Source: Gekko japonicus (Eukaryota). Taken from it: DNA of 64,000 nt. A program made the translations under genes and the position numbers. Shown piece after piece: positions 1 through 10,805 of the stretch. The stretch's first letter is position 1, and each line of letters starts with the position of its first letter. The notes beneath the pieces are model-generated. The model worked only from the letters and a program-made list of their open reading frames with translations, was not told the origin of the DNA and did no database searches. The DNA is taken from assembly GCF_001447785.1 (NCBI RefSeq), contig NW_015160218.1, forward strand, positions 149,262-213,261. Direction: 5' to 3'.

Positions 1-194
1 GAGTTTGAGGTGTGGAATGGAGTGTAGTCCAATCAGCTTCCATATGTAAATGACCTTGGAACGCTGGCCGGGACTGCACAAAGCAGCCAATGAACCCAGC
101 CAGTGTCTTCCGAGTGGCAGTTTTTTCGGCCTAACACTAAAGGAGTGCATTTTAGAACTTTGGCACCCAAAACTCTTTTATTATAAGGGAGAGA

Positions 195-380
195 TTTGGT
201 GTCATCTGCAACCCTGGCCACCTCACTACTCACCCCAAACTCCAGGTCATTTATGAAAAAGTTGAAAAGCACTAGTCCCAATACTGACACTGAGAGACCC
301 CGCTGCTCACGTCCCTCCCTTGCAAAAACTGATAATTTATTCCTACTCTCTGCTTTCTGTTTTTAAACCAGATTTTACTT
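195..380 (-). mobile_element. CR1 RT fragment
   Basis: SVLGLVLFNFFINDLE...VADDTK. Confidence 0.85.
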
Positions 381-1101
381 CACCCCCATATACCATTTAT
401 TTGCCTCACTGGAAATTTTGATGGGTGTACATGTTTATCTCTGGTGACATCAAAGTCACCAGATATCAACCACAAATGTTATTTGGGTTCCTATCGAAGG
501 TAAATATGAAATGATTATGAAATTGCGTAAAAGCCTGTCCTTGCTGTTTCTTTTGAAGTTGACTGGCTCCAAGGTGTTAGGCTGTTCCGTGGAATCATTT
601 AATGCATGTTCTCACTGTTGTGCTTCACTGTTTACCAAGTTTAATTATGTAGAAATTTGCCCTTATGTTCTCCTGATTTGAAGGCCTCATATCAACGGAA
701 GCAGGTGACAGATAGGAAAGCAAAACTGAAACATAAGGCAGACCTGGGGTCAATTTACAGCAACAGGGGAAAAATCATGTTGTATTTCACTTAAAATCTG
801 GGAGTCAATGTCCTTGGGCAGCCTGTCCTTGAATGAATAAAGATGGGGAAAAATATTTGTACATTATATATAATCTACAGCTGCTCTTTCTGTACTTAAT
901 CCATTGTATATTTATATGCACTAAGAGGCAAACTACATGTTATGCAAGCCTTGGGTCCAACAGTAGTTACCAATGTCAATTTAGAGGCAAATGTAACTGT
1001 TTAAAAATTGCTGAGAGGGCCCAATCCTGATCAGGTCCACTGCAGTCACCAGATTATCTCGTTCCGCCCTACGCCTTTTCAAGTACCAAAATATTGCCTG
1101 G

Positions 1102-1342
1102 TAGGGTTACCAAACCCCCCCGGGGGGCGGAATTCCCCCCGGTTTCGAGCCCCGATTTCCGCTCCCGCGGAATCGGGGCCCGGGGAAAACCCCACCCCCG
1201 CGAGCGCGTCACCAGGAAGTGACGTCAGACGCTGGGGCGGGGTCGCGCCATTTGAGGGGAAAACAAAGCGCGCATCCAGGACCGGCTCCTGGACCTCCAG
1301 GACTCTCCCCCGCCGGTAGGAATTTTCAAGTTGGCAACCCTA
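1102..1342. mobile_element. Young, CpG-rich hAT MITE (TAGGGTTRCCA TIR)
   Basis: Perfect 8-bp TSD TTGCCTGG at 1094-1101 and 1343-1350. Confidence 0.92.
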
Positions 1343-1830
1343 TTGCCTGGTGTTGTTGCACTGACCAGGCCTTCACAGCAATTTTTAAGTGACTATATTT
1401 CCCTCTTAAATGATATCAGTGACTATCAGTTGGACCCATGGCTACTGTAACATATAGTTTGGCCAGAAGGAAGCGAAAGGCTGTTCATAAAACTCAGCAA
1501 AAAGCCACCATCTTAATAGAGGGGAGGGGAACAAGGAAGAGAGTCTAGCAGAGATGTAGAATTGGGGGAAAATGTGATTGCACAAAAGCACAATAAAAGG
1601 GAAAAGCTGTGGGTGAAGTAGAACCTATACAGTTTACTGTGCTTCTGTTGTGGGATTTTATATACACACAAGTGAGAAAGCTACAAGGAACTTGCAGGAG
1701 AGGGGAACTCTCACCCACCCCCATTCATTTTCACTTCATCTGCTCTTACTTGGTCCCCTGCTGTCATTTCCCCCCCTTTCTCTGGCACTGTAGGACTGAA
1801 AACTCCAACTAAGGGAAAACTCCAACTAAG

Positions 1831-2123
1831 GGAGAGCCAGTTTGGTGTAGTGGTTAGGTGCACGGACTCTAATCTGGGAGAACCGGGTTTGATTCCCCAC
1901 TCCTCCACTTGCACCTGGCTGGATGACCTTGGGCAAGCCGTAGTTCTGATAAGAGCTGTTCTTTAAAAAGAGCAGTTTCTGTCAAGAGCTCTCTCAGCCC
2001 CACCTACCTCACAGGCTGTCTGTTGTGGGAAGGGGAAGGGAAAAGAGTTTGTAAGCCGCTCTGAGACACCTTTGGGTAGTGAAGGGCGGGGTATAAATCC
2101 AATCTCTTCTTCTTCTTCTTCTT
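1831..2123 (+). mobile_element. tRNA-derived SINE (Squam3-type)
   Basis: A box TGGTGTAGTGG; B box GGTTTGATTCC; L2-like 3' end; (TCT)n tail. Confidence 0.85.
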
Positions 2124-2152
2124 TTGGAGATTTGGGGGAGGTGCCTGGAGAC

Positions 2153-2576
2153 TAGGGCTGTAGCCAGCATTGGAGCTTTGGGGGCTGAGCCCCCTATTGC
2201 ATACCCCAAAACTCCACAAGGCACCCTAAAGCCCCCCACCCCACTGCCTTGCATGGATTCCTAAACCATCTCACCTCAGGCCGCTGCCAGCCCCATAGCT
2301 GGCTCGAAGACCTTCCTTCCTTGTGTAGGCGGGGGTGGGGAGAGAGCCTGGGGCACATGATGCTACCGTACCATGATGCCTTCCTTCCTTCTCCCCCACA
2401 GAGAAGTACCTGGCCTTCTTGGGTAGGCCTCCTTCCTTCCTTGAGTGGGCTGGCATGGAGCAGGGGAGTGAGAGAAAGTGAGGGGGGGTAGTAGCTACTT
2501 TTAATTTAAGTTAATTTCATTAGAGTCCCACCTGGTCCCCCAGAGCCCCCCTAAAAAAATCCTGGCTACAGGGCTG
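2153..2576. mobile_element. hAT-like MITE nested in another MITE remnant (~2125-2745)
   Basis: Ends TAGGGCTGTAGCCAG and CTGGCTACAGGGCTG; TSD 6/8 (CTGGAGAC/CTGGGGAG). Confidence 0.65.
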
Positions 2577-4268
2577 CTGGGGAGGCAGAATTTAGAGAGG
2601 GGGGTGAACTCAGTGGGTATGTGATGCCACAGAGTCTGCCCTTGCAAGCTTCCATTTCTTCCAGGGGAACTGATCTCATAGTCTGGAGTTCAGCTGTAAT
2701 TTTGGGACAGCCATCCCAAGCCCCACATGGAGGCTGGTGACCCTCGCACCCCACCAGCACCTTCCAGCCATCACTTTCTTCTCCTCATCAGCTTCACCTT
2801 TTTTTTAAAGTTCAGTTATATGGAGCTGCTAGGCAATCCCATAATGCCAAACATGAGCTCGGGAGGTCTCAAACAGCATTTTATCTTTGAAGTTGTGTTT
2901 GCAGGTGCAGACACAGCTTCTCTGTTTCTGAGAGGGTTAAACTCCCACTTTTTAAACTTTTGAGATTTTTCTGAAACCCTGGGGATTTCCCCACATCAGT
3001 AGAAACATCTCTGGCCCATCATTGAGATTTTTTGCTCTACACTCTAGGACAAAGTTCAGGATTAGATGTAAGTTCTGTTTAATTTATTTTATGTTCCTTG
3101 GGAATCAATTCAAGCTCCATTACTGATTTTATAGTTCCATTATTAAAACAGTGAAGGACAGCATTCTGTTTGGATCTTGACACTGGTCTCTCATATTTTT
3201 TTTTAAACAACCACCACGGAAGCATGTTATTTTGAGTAATTTAGATAAACTAAGTCAATACTGTCTCTGTCCTGCAGCTGAAGACAAGAGATTTCTTCTC
3301 AATCAATGTTATCTATAACTGATGGCAGCTGTTTCAACTGCTTCTCTTGCCATTTTCAAAATACTACATCCTCAGTTGATGTTTCTGGAAACTTCTTTTT
3401 GTGACCTGGTGAATAATGCAAATTCATATGTCAGACATTCCAGATTTATGTGGAAAAGGGATCCTTTTATGAATAGCAGGGTTTTGTTTTTTACTTTAAG
3501 CAGTGATGTTTAAAGAATTATTTTTATGTAGGGCTGAGTGTCAGGTACAGCTTGAGACATTTCAATGTTATAGATTTACATTTTATATACATACATAATT
3601 AAAATAGGAACAAGCTTCTATTTAGGAATAATCAGACCCCCCCCCCTTCCCATTGTTACTTGGTTGTCTAATTGAAGTCACCAGGCTTAGAACTGGGCTT
3701 AGAACGTCACTGCAAAACTGTTAAATATCCTGCATTCCCAACAGCAGCTACCTTAACAAGAAATACCATTTGTAAAAATATCACAAAAAGTCACCACATG
3801 AAATCCATCAAAACCAGCAGTTTAAAAGTATGTAGATAAACCAACCCAATAAAACAAAGAGCCAGCAGAAAACATAACAATCTGAAAACCGAAAGGACGG
3901 CAAGATGGACAGATTTCAAAAACACTGACAAAAAGGCTCTTCATAATGGAGGGGAGGGGAAATCAACACATTCTTTCATGGTAAGCCTGGGAGAAAAAAT
4001 GTTTTTGCCTGGCAATCAAATCTCAGAAATCTAGGTGCCAAACAAACCAATTCCACAATGAAAGCACTGGAGCTGATAAGCCCCTGTCGTAGTGCTCATA
4101 CATCTCACTTCAGAATTGAGGGCAGACACAGATCCTATATGGCAGATTTCAACCTGTAGGCAGATTTCTCTGGTCCTCCGCATTTTACCCTCACAACAAC
4201 CCTGGTGACTGGCTCAGAGTTGGCCAGTGAGCAGGGAGTAAAATATGGAAAGAACATCTTGGTTATCT

Positions 4269-4625
4269 TGTTAGATCGCGCTAACAAAGGACTCGTACAG
4301 TGATTCAGCAAGTGATTCAGCTTTATTGGAAGTAACGAACAAGCACTAACTCAGTAAGAAACCAGAACAGAAAACAGTGGGAGCTTATGCTCCTTTTAAA
4401 CATAACCGGGCTAATGTAGCCACTCCTATTTACAAATAACAACCAATGAGATTGCTAGAATAAAGACCAATGGGAGTCTTTCCCTCCTAGGGAATGGTAT
4501 CGTTCTGATTGGTCGCTGTTACGAAGCGACCAATAGGAAGTTCGTTCAGAGGAGCCCTGGTCTGGCTCGAAGCTTAACATGGGAGTCCTATGAGGTGATT
4601 CATGTAATCATTTCAATACATTACA
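4269..4625 (-). repeat. 3' LTR of the intact Gypsy element
   Basis: Matches 8881-9237 except at 4363/8975 and 4424/9036; contains several CCAAT boxes, a TTTAAA TATA-like motif and AATAAA on the minus strand. Confidence 0.96.
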
Positions 4626-4640
4626 ATTCCTCCCCCCTAA
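4626..4640 (-). promoter_or_regulatory. Polypurine tract of the intact Gypsy element
   Basis: Minus strand TTAGGGGGGAGGAAT immediately before the 3' LTR. Confidence 0.9.
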
Positions 4641-4698
4641 GTTAAGCCATCATCCCAATTGTTTTATTATTTACATACATACAATCACCCTTTGTACA

Positions 4699-7600
4699 TC
4701 AGCTATTCCAACAGTATTTACACTCATAGTCCTTCAGATAAGTCGGCATTTGCCGCGAACGCTGGGACCTACGGAGCGGTGCAGGCTCCATGGGCAGACA
4801 AGGTTGTGGGTCAGAGTGGGGTTCACTACAGCCTGGATCAGGCACAGACTCGACTGGGATTTCAGCCCCGCACACAGGGTTCTGCCCTGACTCGGGGACA
4901 GTACCGGGCCTTTCGGTACTCACCGCCTGCTCTGGGGGTGTCCACTCGACATCAGGGGATTCAGCCGTCGGAGAGTCAGCGCTGTCCCTAGCCCAACGTC
5001 TCCTTAACTGATCTATGTGGCGCCGCCATATTCGACCGTCAGCTAACTGCACCACATACATTCGAGTACCCACAGAGTCGGATATAACCCCAGGAAGCCA
5101 CAAGTGCCCGTTTGCATAATTTCGTGCGAAAACCTTGTCCCCTTTTTCAAACATGCGCACCTTCGGTTGCGCCGTGGTACGCTCGGATTGCTCTTCAGTG
5201 AGGTCTGGGTGCATTCGGTTCAAACGGGTCGTGAGTCTCCGCCCCATTAACAATTCGGCCGGACTACGGCCTGTAGCACTACAGGGGGTGGTGTGCTGCA
5301 GCAAAAGAAAGGAGCCCAGCCTCTGGCTCCAGTCCCCTTCGTCCATTTTACCCAGGGCCTCTTTGGCCGTCCTGACCATCCGTTCGGCTTGGCCATTAGA
5401 TGCCGGATGGAAAGGGGCCGAAGTCATTTGGCGTATGCCATTACTCGTGAGGAAGAGCCTAAATTCCTCAGACACAAATTGAGGCCCGTTGTCACTGACG
5501 ATGACGTCAGGCAACCCGTGGGTGGCAAAAAGTCGGCGGAGCGCATGGATCACAGCAAGTGATGTGGTCGATTTCATATGCACGACCTCCAGCCATTTGG
5601 ACATAGCGTCCACCACAATTAGGAACATTTGCCCTTGGAGAGGGCCAGCAAAATCTATATGCAATCTGGCCCAGGGTTTACCAGATGACTCCCAGCCTTG
5701 GGGTGTAGCTTGTGGGGGATCGGGTCTGACTTGCTGGCATTTGGGACACCCTCGTACCCATTCTTCGATCTCTTTGTCCAGCCCCGGCCACCAGACATAC
5801 CCTCTGGCCAACGCTTTGGTGTGTACCATACCGGGGTGACCCTCGTGCAGCGACTCTAACACTCTCGTCCTGAGTTTGTCAGGAACCACCACCCTGTTCC
5901 CCCATAATACACAGCCCTTAGAAATGGATAGTTCATTTTGACGGCTTTTGTAAGGGCCGAACTCCGGTTCAACGCTTCCAACCGGCCACCCCCTCCAAAC
6001 CCAGTTTAATACTCGGGACAGCACGCTATCCTTGGCCGTGTGTGCTGCAATGTCCCTGGATGATACCGGGGGTCGAGGAAGCTCCTCAATTGCCAAGACC
6101 TCACAGGCGGGGGCAGGGTCTGCGCCAATGTCCGGCACCGGGCACCGGCTGAGGGCATCCGCATGCCCAATCGCTTTCCCAGGCCGGTGCTCTAAGTCAA
6201 AATCATAAGCCTGCAAAAATATCGCCCATCTAAGCATGCGTGGGGACATGATGTTTGGCAATTGCTTATCGGGCGCAAAAATCCCCAGTAGCGGCTTGTG
6301 GTCAGTGACCAGCAAAAATCGTCTGCCAAAAATAAAATCATGGAACTTTTTGACAGCCGCTACCAACGCCAGACCCTCCTTGTCTATCTGGGCATAGTTC
6401 CGCTCTGCCGCAGATAGTGATCTAGAATAAAAAGCGATAGGCGCTTCGCTCCCATCAGGCATCAGATGGCTTAAAACTGCGCCTACTCCAAACGGTGAAG
6501 CGTCAGCAGCTAACACCAGGAGCTTGTGTTCATCATAATGCGTGAGTACGGCATTAGATGTCAGCAGCTCCTTGACTCCCACAAAAGCCTTTTCCTCGGC
6601 CTGCCCCCACTTCCATTTTGCCTCCTTGTGCAAAAGCGCGTGCAAAGGGGCCGCCACTGATGCCTTATGCGGTAAAAACGCATGATAAAAATTCAGGAGT
6701 CCTAAAAAGGATTGGAGCTCCTTCTTACTCACCGGCCTGGGGGCGTTTTGGATTGCAGATACCTTCTCATCCGTGGGGTGGACTCCCTCTGCGTCAATGC
6801 GAAACCCCAGGAAGTCCACACTTTCCACCCCGAGCGTGCATTTTGAGCGCTTAACTCTGAGGCCGGCATTTTGAAAACGCCTGAGGACCTCTTTAACCCG
6901 GTCCAGTAGTTCCTGTTCAGACCCGCCCGCAATCAGCACGTCGTCAAAATAGGGCACTGTGCCAGGTACCCCCCTTAGTAGACGTTCCATGAGGCCCTGA
7001 AAAATCCCAGGTGCTACGTTGACCCCGAATTGCAGCCTGTTCACTTTAAAAGCCCCTTGGTGGGTTACAATTGTTTGGGCCTCGGCAGCCTCCGGGGTGA
7101 CAGGCAACTGCTGGTATGCCTGGGCCAGGTCAAATTTGGCGAAAATCTTGCCACCCCCCAGGGAAGCCAAAATGTGGCTTATTACCGGGACCGGGTACGA
7201 ATGTTGCTGCAGCGCCTTGTTAATCGTACATTTGTAATCGGCGCATAGTCGTATGGACCCATCTGATTTGACAGGGGTTACGATCGGGGTCTCCCATTTG
7301 CTGTATGGTACTGGCTCTAAAACCCCTTGCTCAACTAGTTTGTCAATCTCTTTTTCCACCTTATGTTTGAGAGACACAGGTACTTTCCGATACTTCAACC
7401 TAATAGGTTTGACTGACGGATCTAAGTCAAACGCAACCGGGGGGCCCTTGTACCTTCCCAACCCTTCGGCAAATACATCAGGGAACAGGTCGTACAGCAT
7501 GCCCCATTTATTTTCAGACATCCTGTTAATCCCAGAAATACCGATGCCCAATGGCTCAAACCAATCTAACCCTAGCAGGTTAACCCGGTCTCCCTCTGCA

Positions 7601-8862
7601 ATCAGGAATGACAGTTTAACACATTTCCCCTTATACTCAACAGTAACAGAGTCCCGTCCGGCCAAGGGAATTCGGTTGCCCTGGAAGTCGGACACTCTGG
7701 TTCCCGCAGGCTGGAGCCGCCGCCGGCTTCGGTTCGGGAACAACTGGCGCCAGGACGCGGCAGAAATCACCGTCACGGACGATCCTGAGTCCACCTCCAT
7801 TGTACAGGGTCGGCCGTCGAGGAGTGGAGTCACGGTGATCTTGCCCTGGCTGCTGGTGCGATTTACGGCCGATGCGCTCGACAAGGTCGCCGTCAACTGG
7901 CAGCTTGCTTCCGATGCTGAGGAACGGGTCTTGCCTTGGGTGCTGACTGGAGTGCCCCTCTGCGCTGACCGGTTGTTAGTTGAGGGATCCTTCTTCGCTG
8001 ATCTGCAGACTCTGGCCAGATGACCACGCCGCCCACACGCTCTGCAGTCGACATCACGAGCCCAACAGGAGCCGCGCTGGTGCTTCCCGCCACAACCGGA
8101 GCAAGGCTTGACGTTGGTAGTCTTCGCTGGGGTCCGCTTGCCTCGAACCGCGTTGACGTCATCATCCGCGTCTTCGCCCTCGCTGTCTCGTTGAGCGTGT
8201 ATACTGGGCTCTGCCACCCGCTGGCGGACCTCCTTCGTGGACTTCTCCGCTGCTTCCGCGGCCACGGCCTCTTCGTAGGCCACTGCCCAGGTCAGGGTGG
8301 TGCGGGCGAACAGCCTCTGTTGCAGCCTTTCATCTTTGAGACCGCAGACGAGACGGTCTCTGAGGGCTTCCTCCACGTTGTGGAAATTACATGGCCGTGC
8401 GGCTTTGCGAAGGGCCGCCACGAAATCTGCGATGGTCTCGCCTCCGGCCTGGTTCCGCTTGTAAAAAGCGTGCCGGCAGGCGATCTCCGACGGTTGTGGA
8501 GAATAGTGAGCCTTAAGCTTCTCCGTGATGTCAGCGTAGGTGACAGTCTTTATATCAGTTGGGGCCACCAACGACCTGGCTATGTCGAAGGTCCCCTTCC
8601 CGCAGGAACTCAGGAGGCATGCTCGTTTCTTCGCCTCATCGGTGATGTCGTGGGTCTCCAGATGGAACTCGAACCTGGACAGGTAGGAGTCCCAGTCTTC
8701 TGAGGAGGGTTCGAAGCACTCGAACTTCTGGCTTCCAGCCATCGGGGGAGACTTGGGCACCGGAGCTGGTGGCGCCTCCGCCGGATCGGCTGCTGTGCTC
8801 TGCCCGCTTTCTTCCGAGTCCGAAGTGTGGATGTCCGCAGGGCTGCCTACCTGCTCTAACAT
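4699..8862 (-). CDS. Gag-Pol polyprotein, single ORF of 1387 aa (true start may be the downstream Met at 8742, MAGSQ...)
   Basis: Two CCHC-type knuckles (CSGCGGKHQRGSC, CRACGRRGHLARVC); protease MEVDSGS; RT PYFDDVLI; RNase H LAADASPFGVGAVL...TDHKPL; integrase Zn finger LHEGHPG...CPKC and DDE core HIDFAGP / SDNGPQF / GQAERMV; no stops or frameshifts. Confidence 0.95.
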   Translation of the reverse strand: MLEQVGSPADIHTSDSEESGQSTAADPAEAPPAPVPKSPPMAGSQKFECFEPSSEDWDSYLSRFEFHLETHDITDEAKKRACLLSSCGKGTFDIARSLVAPTDIKTVTYADITEKLKAHYSPQPSEIACRHAFYKRNQAGGETIADFVAALRKAARPCNFHNVEEALRDRLVCGLKDERLQQRLFARTTLTWAVAYEEAVAAEAAEKSTKEVRQRVAEPSIHAQRDSEGEDADDDVNAVRGKRTPAKTTNVKPCSGCGGKHQRGSCWARDVDCRACGRRGHLARVCRSAKKDPSTNNRSAQRGTPVSTQGKTRSSASEASCQLTATLSSASAVNRTSSQGKITVTPLLDGRPCTMEVDSGSSVTVISAASWRQLFPNRSRRRLQPAGTRVSDFQGNRIPLAGRDSVTVEYKGKCVKLSFLIAEGDRVNLLGLDWFEPLGIGISGINRMSENKWGMLYDLFPDVFAEGLGRYKGPPVAFDLDPSVKPIRLKYRKVPVSLKHKVEKEIDKLVEQGVLEPVPYSKWETPIVTPVKSDGSIRLCADYKCTINKALQQHSYPVPVISHILASLGGGKIFAKFDLAQAYQQLPVTPEAAEAQTIVTHQGAFKVNRLQFGVNVAPGIFQGLMERLLRGVPGTVPYFDDVLIAGGSEQELLDRVKEVLRRFQNAGLRVKRSKCTLGVESVDFLGFRIDAEGVHPTDEKVSAIQNAPRPVSKKELQSFLGLLNFYHAFLPHKASVAAPLHALLHKEAKWKWGQAEEKAFVGVKELLTSNAVLTHYDEHKLLVLAADASPFGVGAVLSHLMPDGSEAPIAFYSRSLSAAERNYAQIDKEGLALVAAVKKFHDFIFGRRFLLVTDHKPLLGIFAPDKQLPNIMSPRMLRWAIFLQAYDFDLEHRPGKAIGHADALSRCPVPDIGADPAPACEVLAIEELPRPPVSSRDIAAHTAKDSVLSRVLNWVWRGWPVGSVEPEFGPYKSRQNELSISKGCVLWGNRVVVPDKLRTRVLESLHEGHPGMVHTKALARGYVWWPGLDKEIEEWVRGCPKCQQVRPDPPQATPQGWESSGKPWARLHIDFAGPLQGQMFLIVVDAMSKWLEVVHMKSTTSLAVIHALRRLFATHGLPDVIVSDNGPQFVSEEFRLFLTSNGIRQMTSAPFHPASNGQAERMVRTAKEALGKMDEGDWSQRLGSFLLLQHTTPCSATGRSPAELLMGRRLTTRLNRMHPDLTEEQSERTTAQPKVRMFEKGDKVFARNYANGHLWLPGVISDSVGTRMYVVQLADGRIWRRHIDQLRRRWARDSADSPTAESPDVEWTPPEQAVSTERPGTVPESGQNPVCGAEIPVESVPDPGCSEPHSDPQPCLPMEPAPLRRSQRSRQMPTYLKDYECKYCWNS

Positions 8863-8878
8863 CCCATCCTCGTCGCCA
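8861..8878 (-). promoter_or_regulatory. Primer-binding site complementary to the tRNA-Ser(GCT) 3' end
   Basis: Plus strand ATCCCATCCTCGTCGCCA equals the recalled 3' 18 nt of vertebrate tRNA-Ser-GCT including CCA; 2 nt from the LTR. Confidence 0.9.
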
Positions 8879-8880
8879 AT

Positions 8881-9237
8881 TGTTAGATCGCGCTAACAAA
8901 GGACTCGTACAGTGATTCAGCAAGTGATTCAGCTTTATTGGAAGTAACGAACAAGCACTAACTCAGTAAGAAACTAGAACAGAAAACAGTGGGAGCTTAT
9001 GCTCCTTTTAAACATAACCGGGCTAATGTAGCCACGCCTATTTACAAATAACAACCAATGAGATTGCTAGAATAAAGACCAATGGGAGTCTTTCCCTCCT
9101 AGGGAATGGTATCGTTCTGATTGGTCGCTGTTACGAAGCGACCAATAGGAAGTTCGTTCAGAGGAGCCCTGGTCTGGCTCGAAGCTTAACATGGGAGTCC
9201 TATGAGGTGATTCATGTAATCATTTCAATACATTACA
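8881..9237 (-). repeat. 5' LTR of the intact Gypsy element
   Basis: TG...CA ends; adjacent to the PBS. Confidence 0.96.
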
Positions 9238-10099
9238 TATCTGTAACATCTTGCTGAGCATTTGCCTTTCCCTTCCTGTTGCAGGTATAGAGCTTGGGCA
9301 TGACCAGATGAATGAGCCCTCGGCTGCAACTCAGAGGGTTCTTGGCCTGCAGCCTTTGGATGAGTCTGTCACTGGATTCAGACCTGGCCCAAACCTTACT
9401 TAATTGTTCCGTTACTTGGTTGGTTGATTTATATTTTATTATTTACTGTTAAATAATTTAAATAAATAAATACTGGTTGATCAGTGATAAGAACCCAGAT
9501 GTTCCCAATGCTTTGACACTCTAACCATTTCACTGTACTACTGACTTTATCAGAATGTTTCGCGTTGGAGCTATAGTGACATTTTTATTTATGTCTTTGA
9601 ACTAGATTTTTATCTCATTGTTTCCATCTTTGCCAAGATAACAATCTCATTGACATTCAAGATGGTGCATTATGACTTGCTGAATTCTAATGGAGGTTCC
9701 TCCTAAAAATGAAAATGTGGTCAATTTGACTGGCTCAGACACAGTGCAACATCAAGGAACGGCATTAGATTAAAACCATGCAACGATATAAACCTTTAAA
9801 AGTACTTTTGATGAGAATGTGTGTGCGCGTGCGTGCGTGCATGCGCACACACAAATGTTGAGAGGGCATTCTCTATTTCTATTTTAATTTGATACAGTGA
9901 TCTCAGTATTCAAGTTACCAGGGAGTTGGGAAATAAGGCTACCAGAGCAACCCAAATCAAAGTTACACCCTCTTAAACCCATTGACTTCCATGGACTTAG
10001 AATTATAAAACTCTGCTTAGGACGGCACTGTCAGTCAGCACATTAAGTAGCAATAGAGTCAATTGGGCAGTAGAAAAATTCTAGAAATGTGGCACCGAC

Positions 10100-10805
10100 T
10101 TACCGGTCTCCACCTGTTGTGGATCAGGAGTGGGAAGAGTAAGAGGAAGCATGGTCTGCATCCTCGTGCTGTCCGCAGGTTCCGTGGGTGGGTCCAGCTG
10201 CATAGGCTGGCCAACAGCAGCAGCTGAGGCAGCTCGATGTTGGGCAGGGTGGGGAGGCCCTGTTGGCTATTTAAGTCCAGCATAGCAGCTGGTTCACCCT
10301 CAGTTCGGCCTCATTGGCTTGCCCTCCCTCCCTCCCTGTTTTTAATGTGCAAATGTTACGGGATGTTTTTGTGTTGTTACAATTGTAATGCTATTCTTGT
10401 CACAGCTTGGGTGGTTTGTGGTTTTGGGTATTGGGACAGATCGTTTGAAGGGGGAAGGTCATGCCTGTGTGCCTACCTCCCCTGGTTTGGGGACTTTCTT
10501 AAAGGATCTTGGGGTGGAGCCACTCAGCCATATGTCCTGTTGGGGGCTGCTGGCTGGCTTCCACCACCAGGTGGCCACATGGATCCTGGGTCTTGCTAGT
10601 CCATGGTTTTATCCCGCAGAAGTTGGGCTGGGGTGTGTGGTTATTGGGCAGCAGGAAGGTCACCTGATGCTGGATTCCATCCCCATGCTGCACCAATGCT
10701 TCTTCGGTTGTACTCAATAAAAAAACTGTGGCCATGTTTTTACCAAATACTGGTCTCTGTGTGTTTTCTTCCTCTACATCGTCTCTTATCCTCCCTGAGA
10801 CGACA
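10100..10805 (+). mobile_element. Non-coding remnant, probably DIRS/Ngaro-type (related copy at ~41680-42070 on the minus strand)
   Basis: Both loci share GTCACC..ATGCTGGAT...ATAAAA..CTGTGGCC; family assignment from recall only. Confidence 0.45.

Larger units (their letters stand above)
4269..9237 (-). mobile_element. Full-length, apparently intact Ty3/Gypsy LTR retrotransposon (Mag-like / K02A2.6-like)
   Basis: Two 357-bp TG...CA LTRs (4269-4625, 8881-9237); 5-bp TSD TATCT at 4264-4268 and 9238-9242; PBS, PPT and a single gag-pol ORF with domain order PR-RT-RH-IN. Confidence 0.97.

Noticed and set aside
463-499. Possible micro-exon (CAG...AAG|GTAAAT)
   Set aside because: No pyrimidine tract, all frames uninformative and no supporting homology
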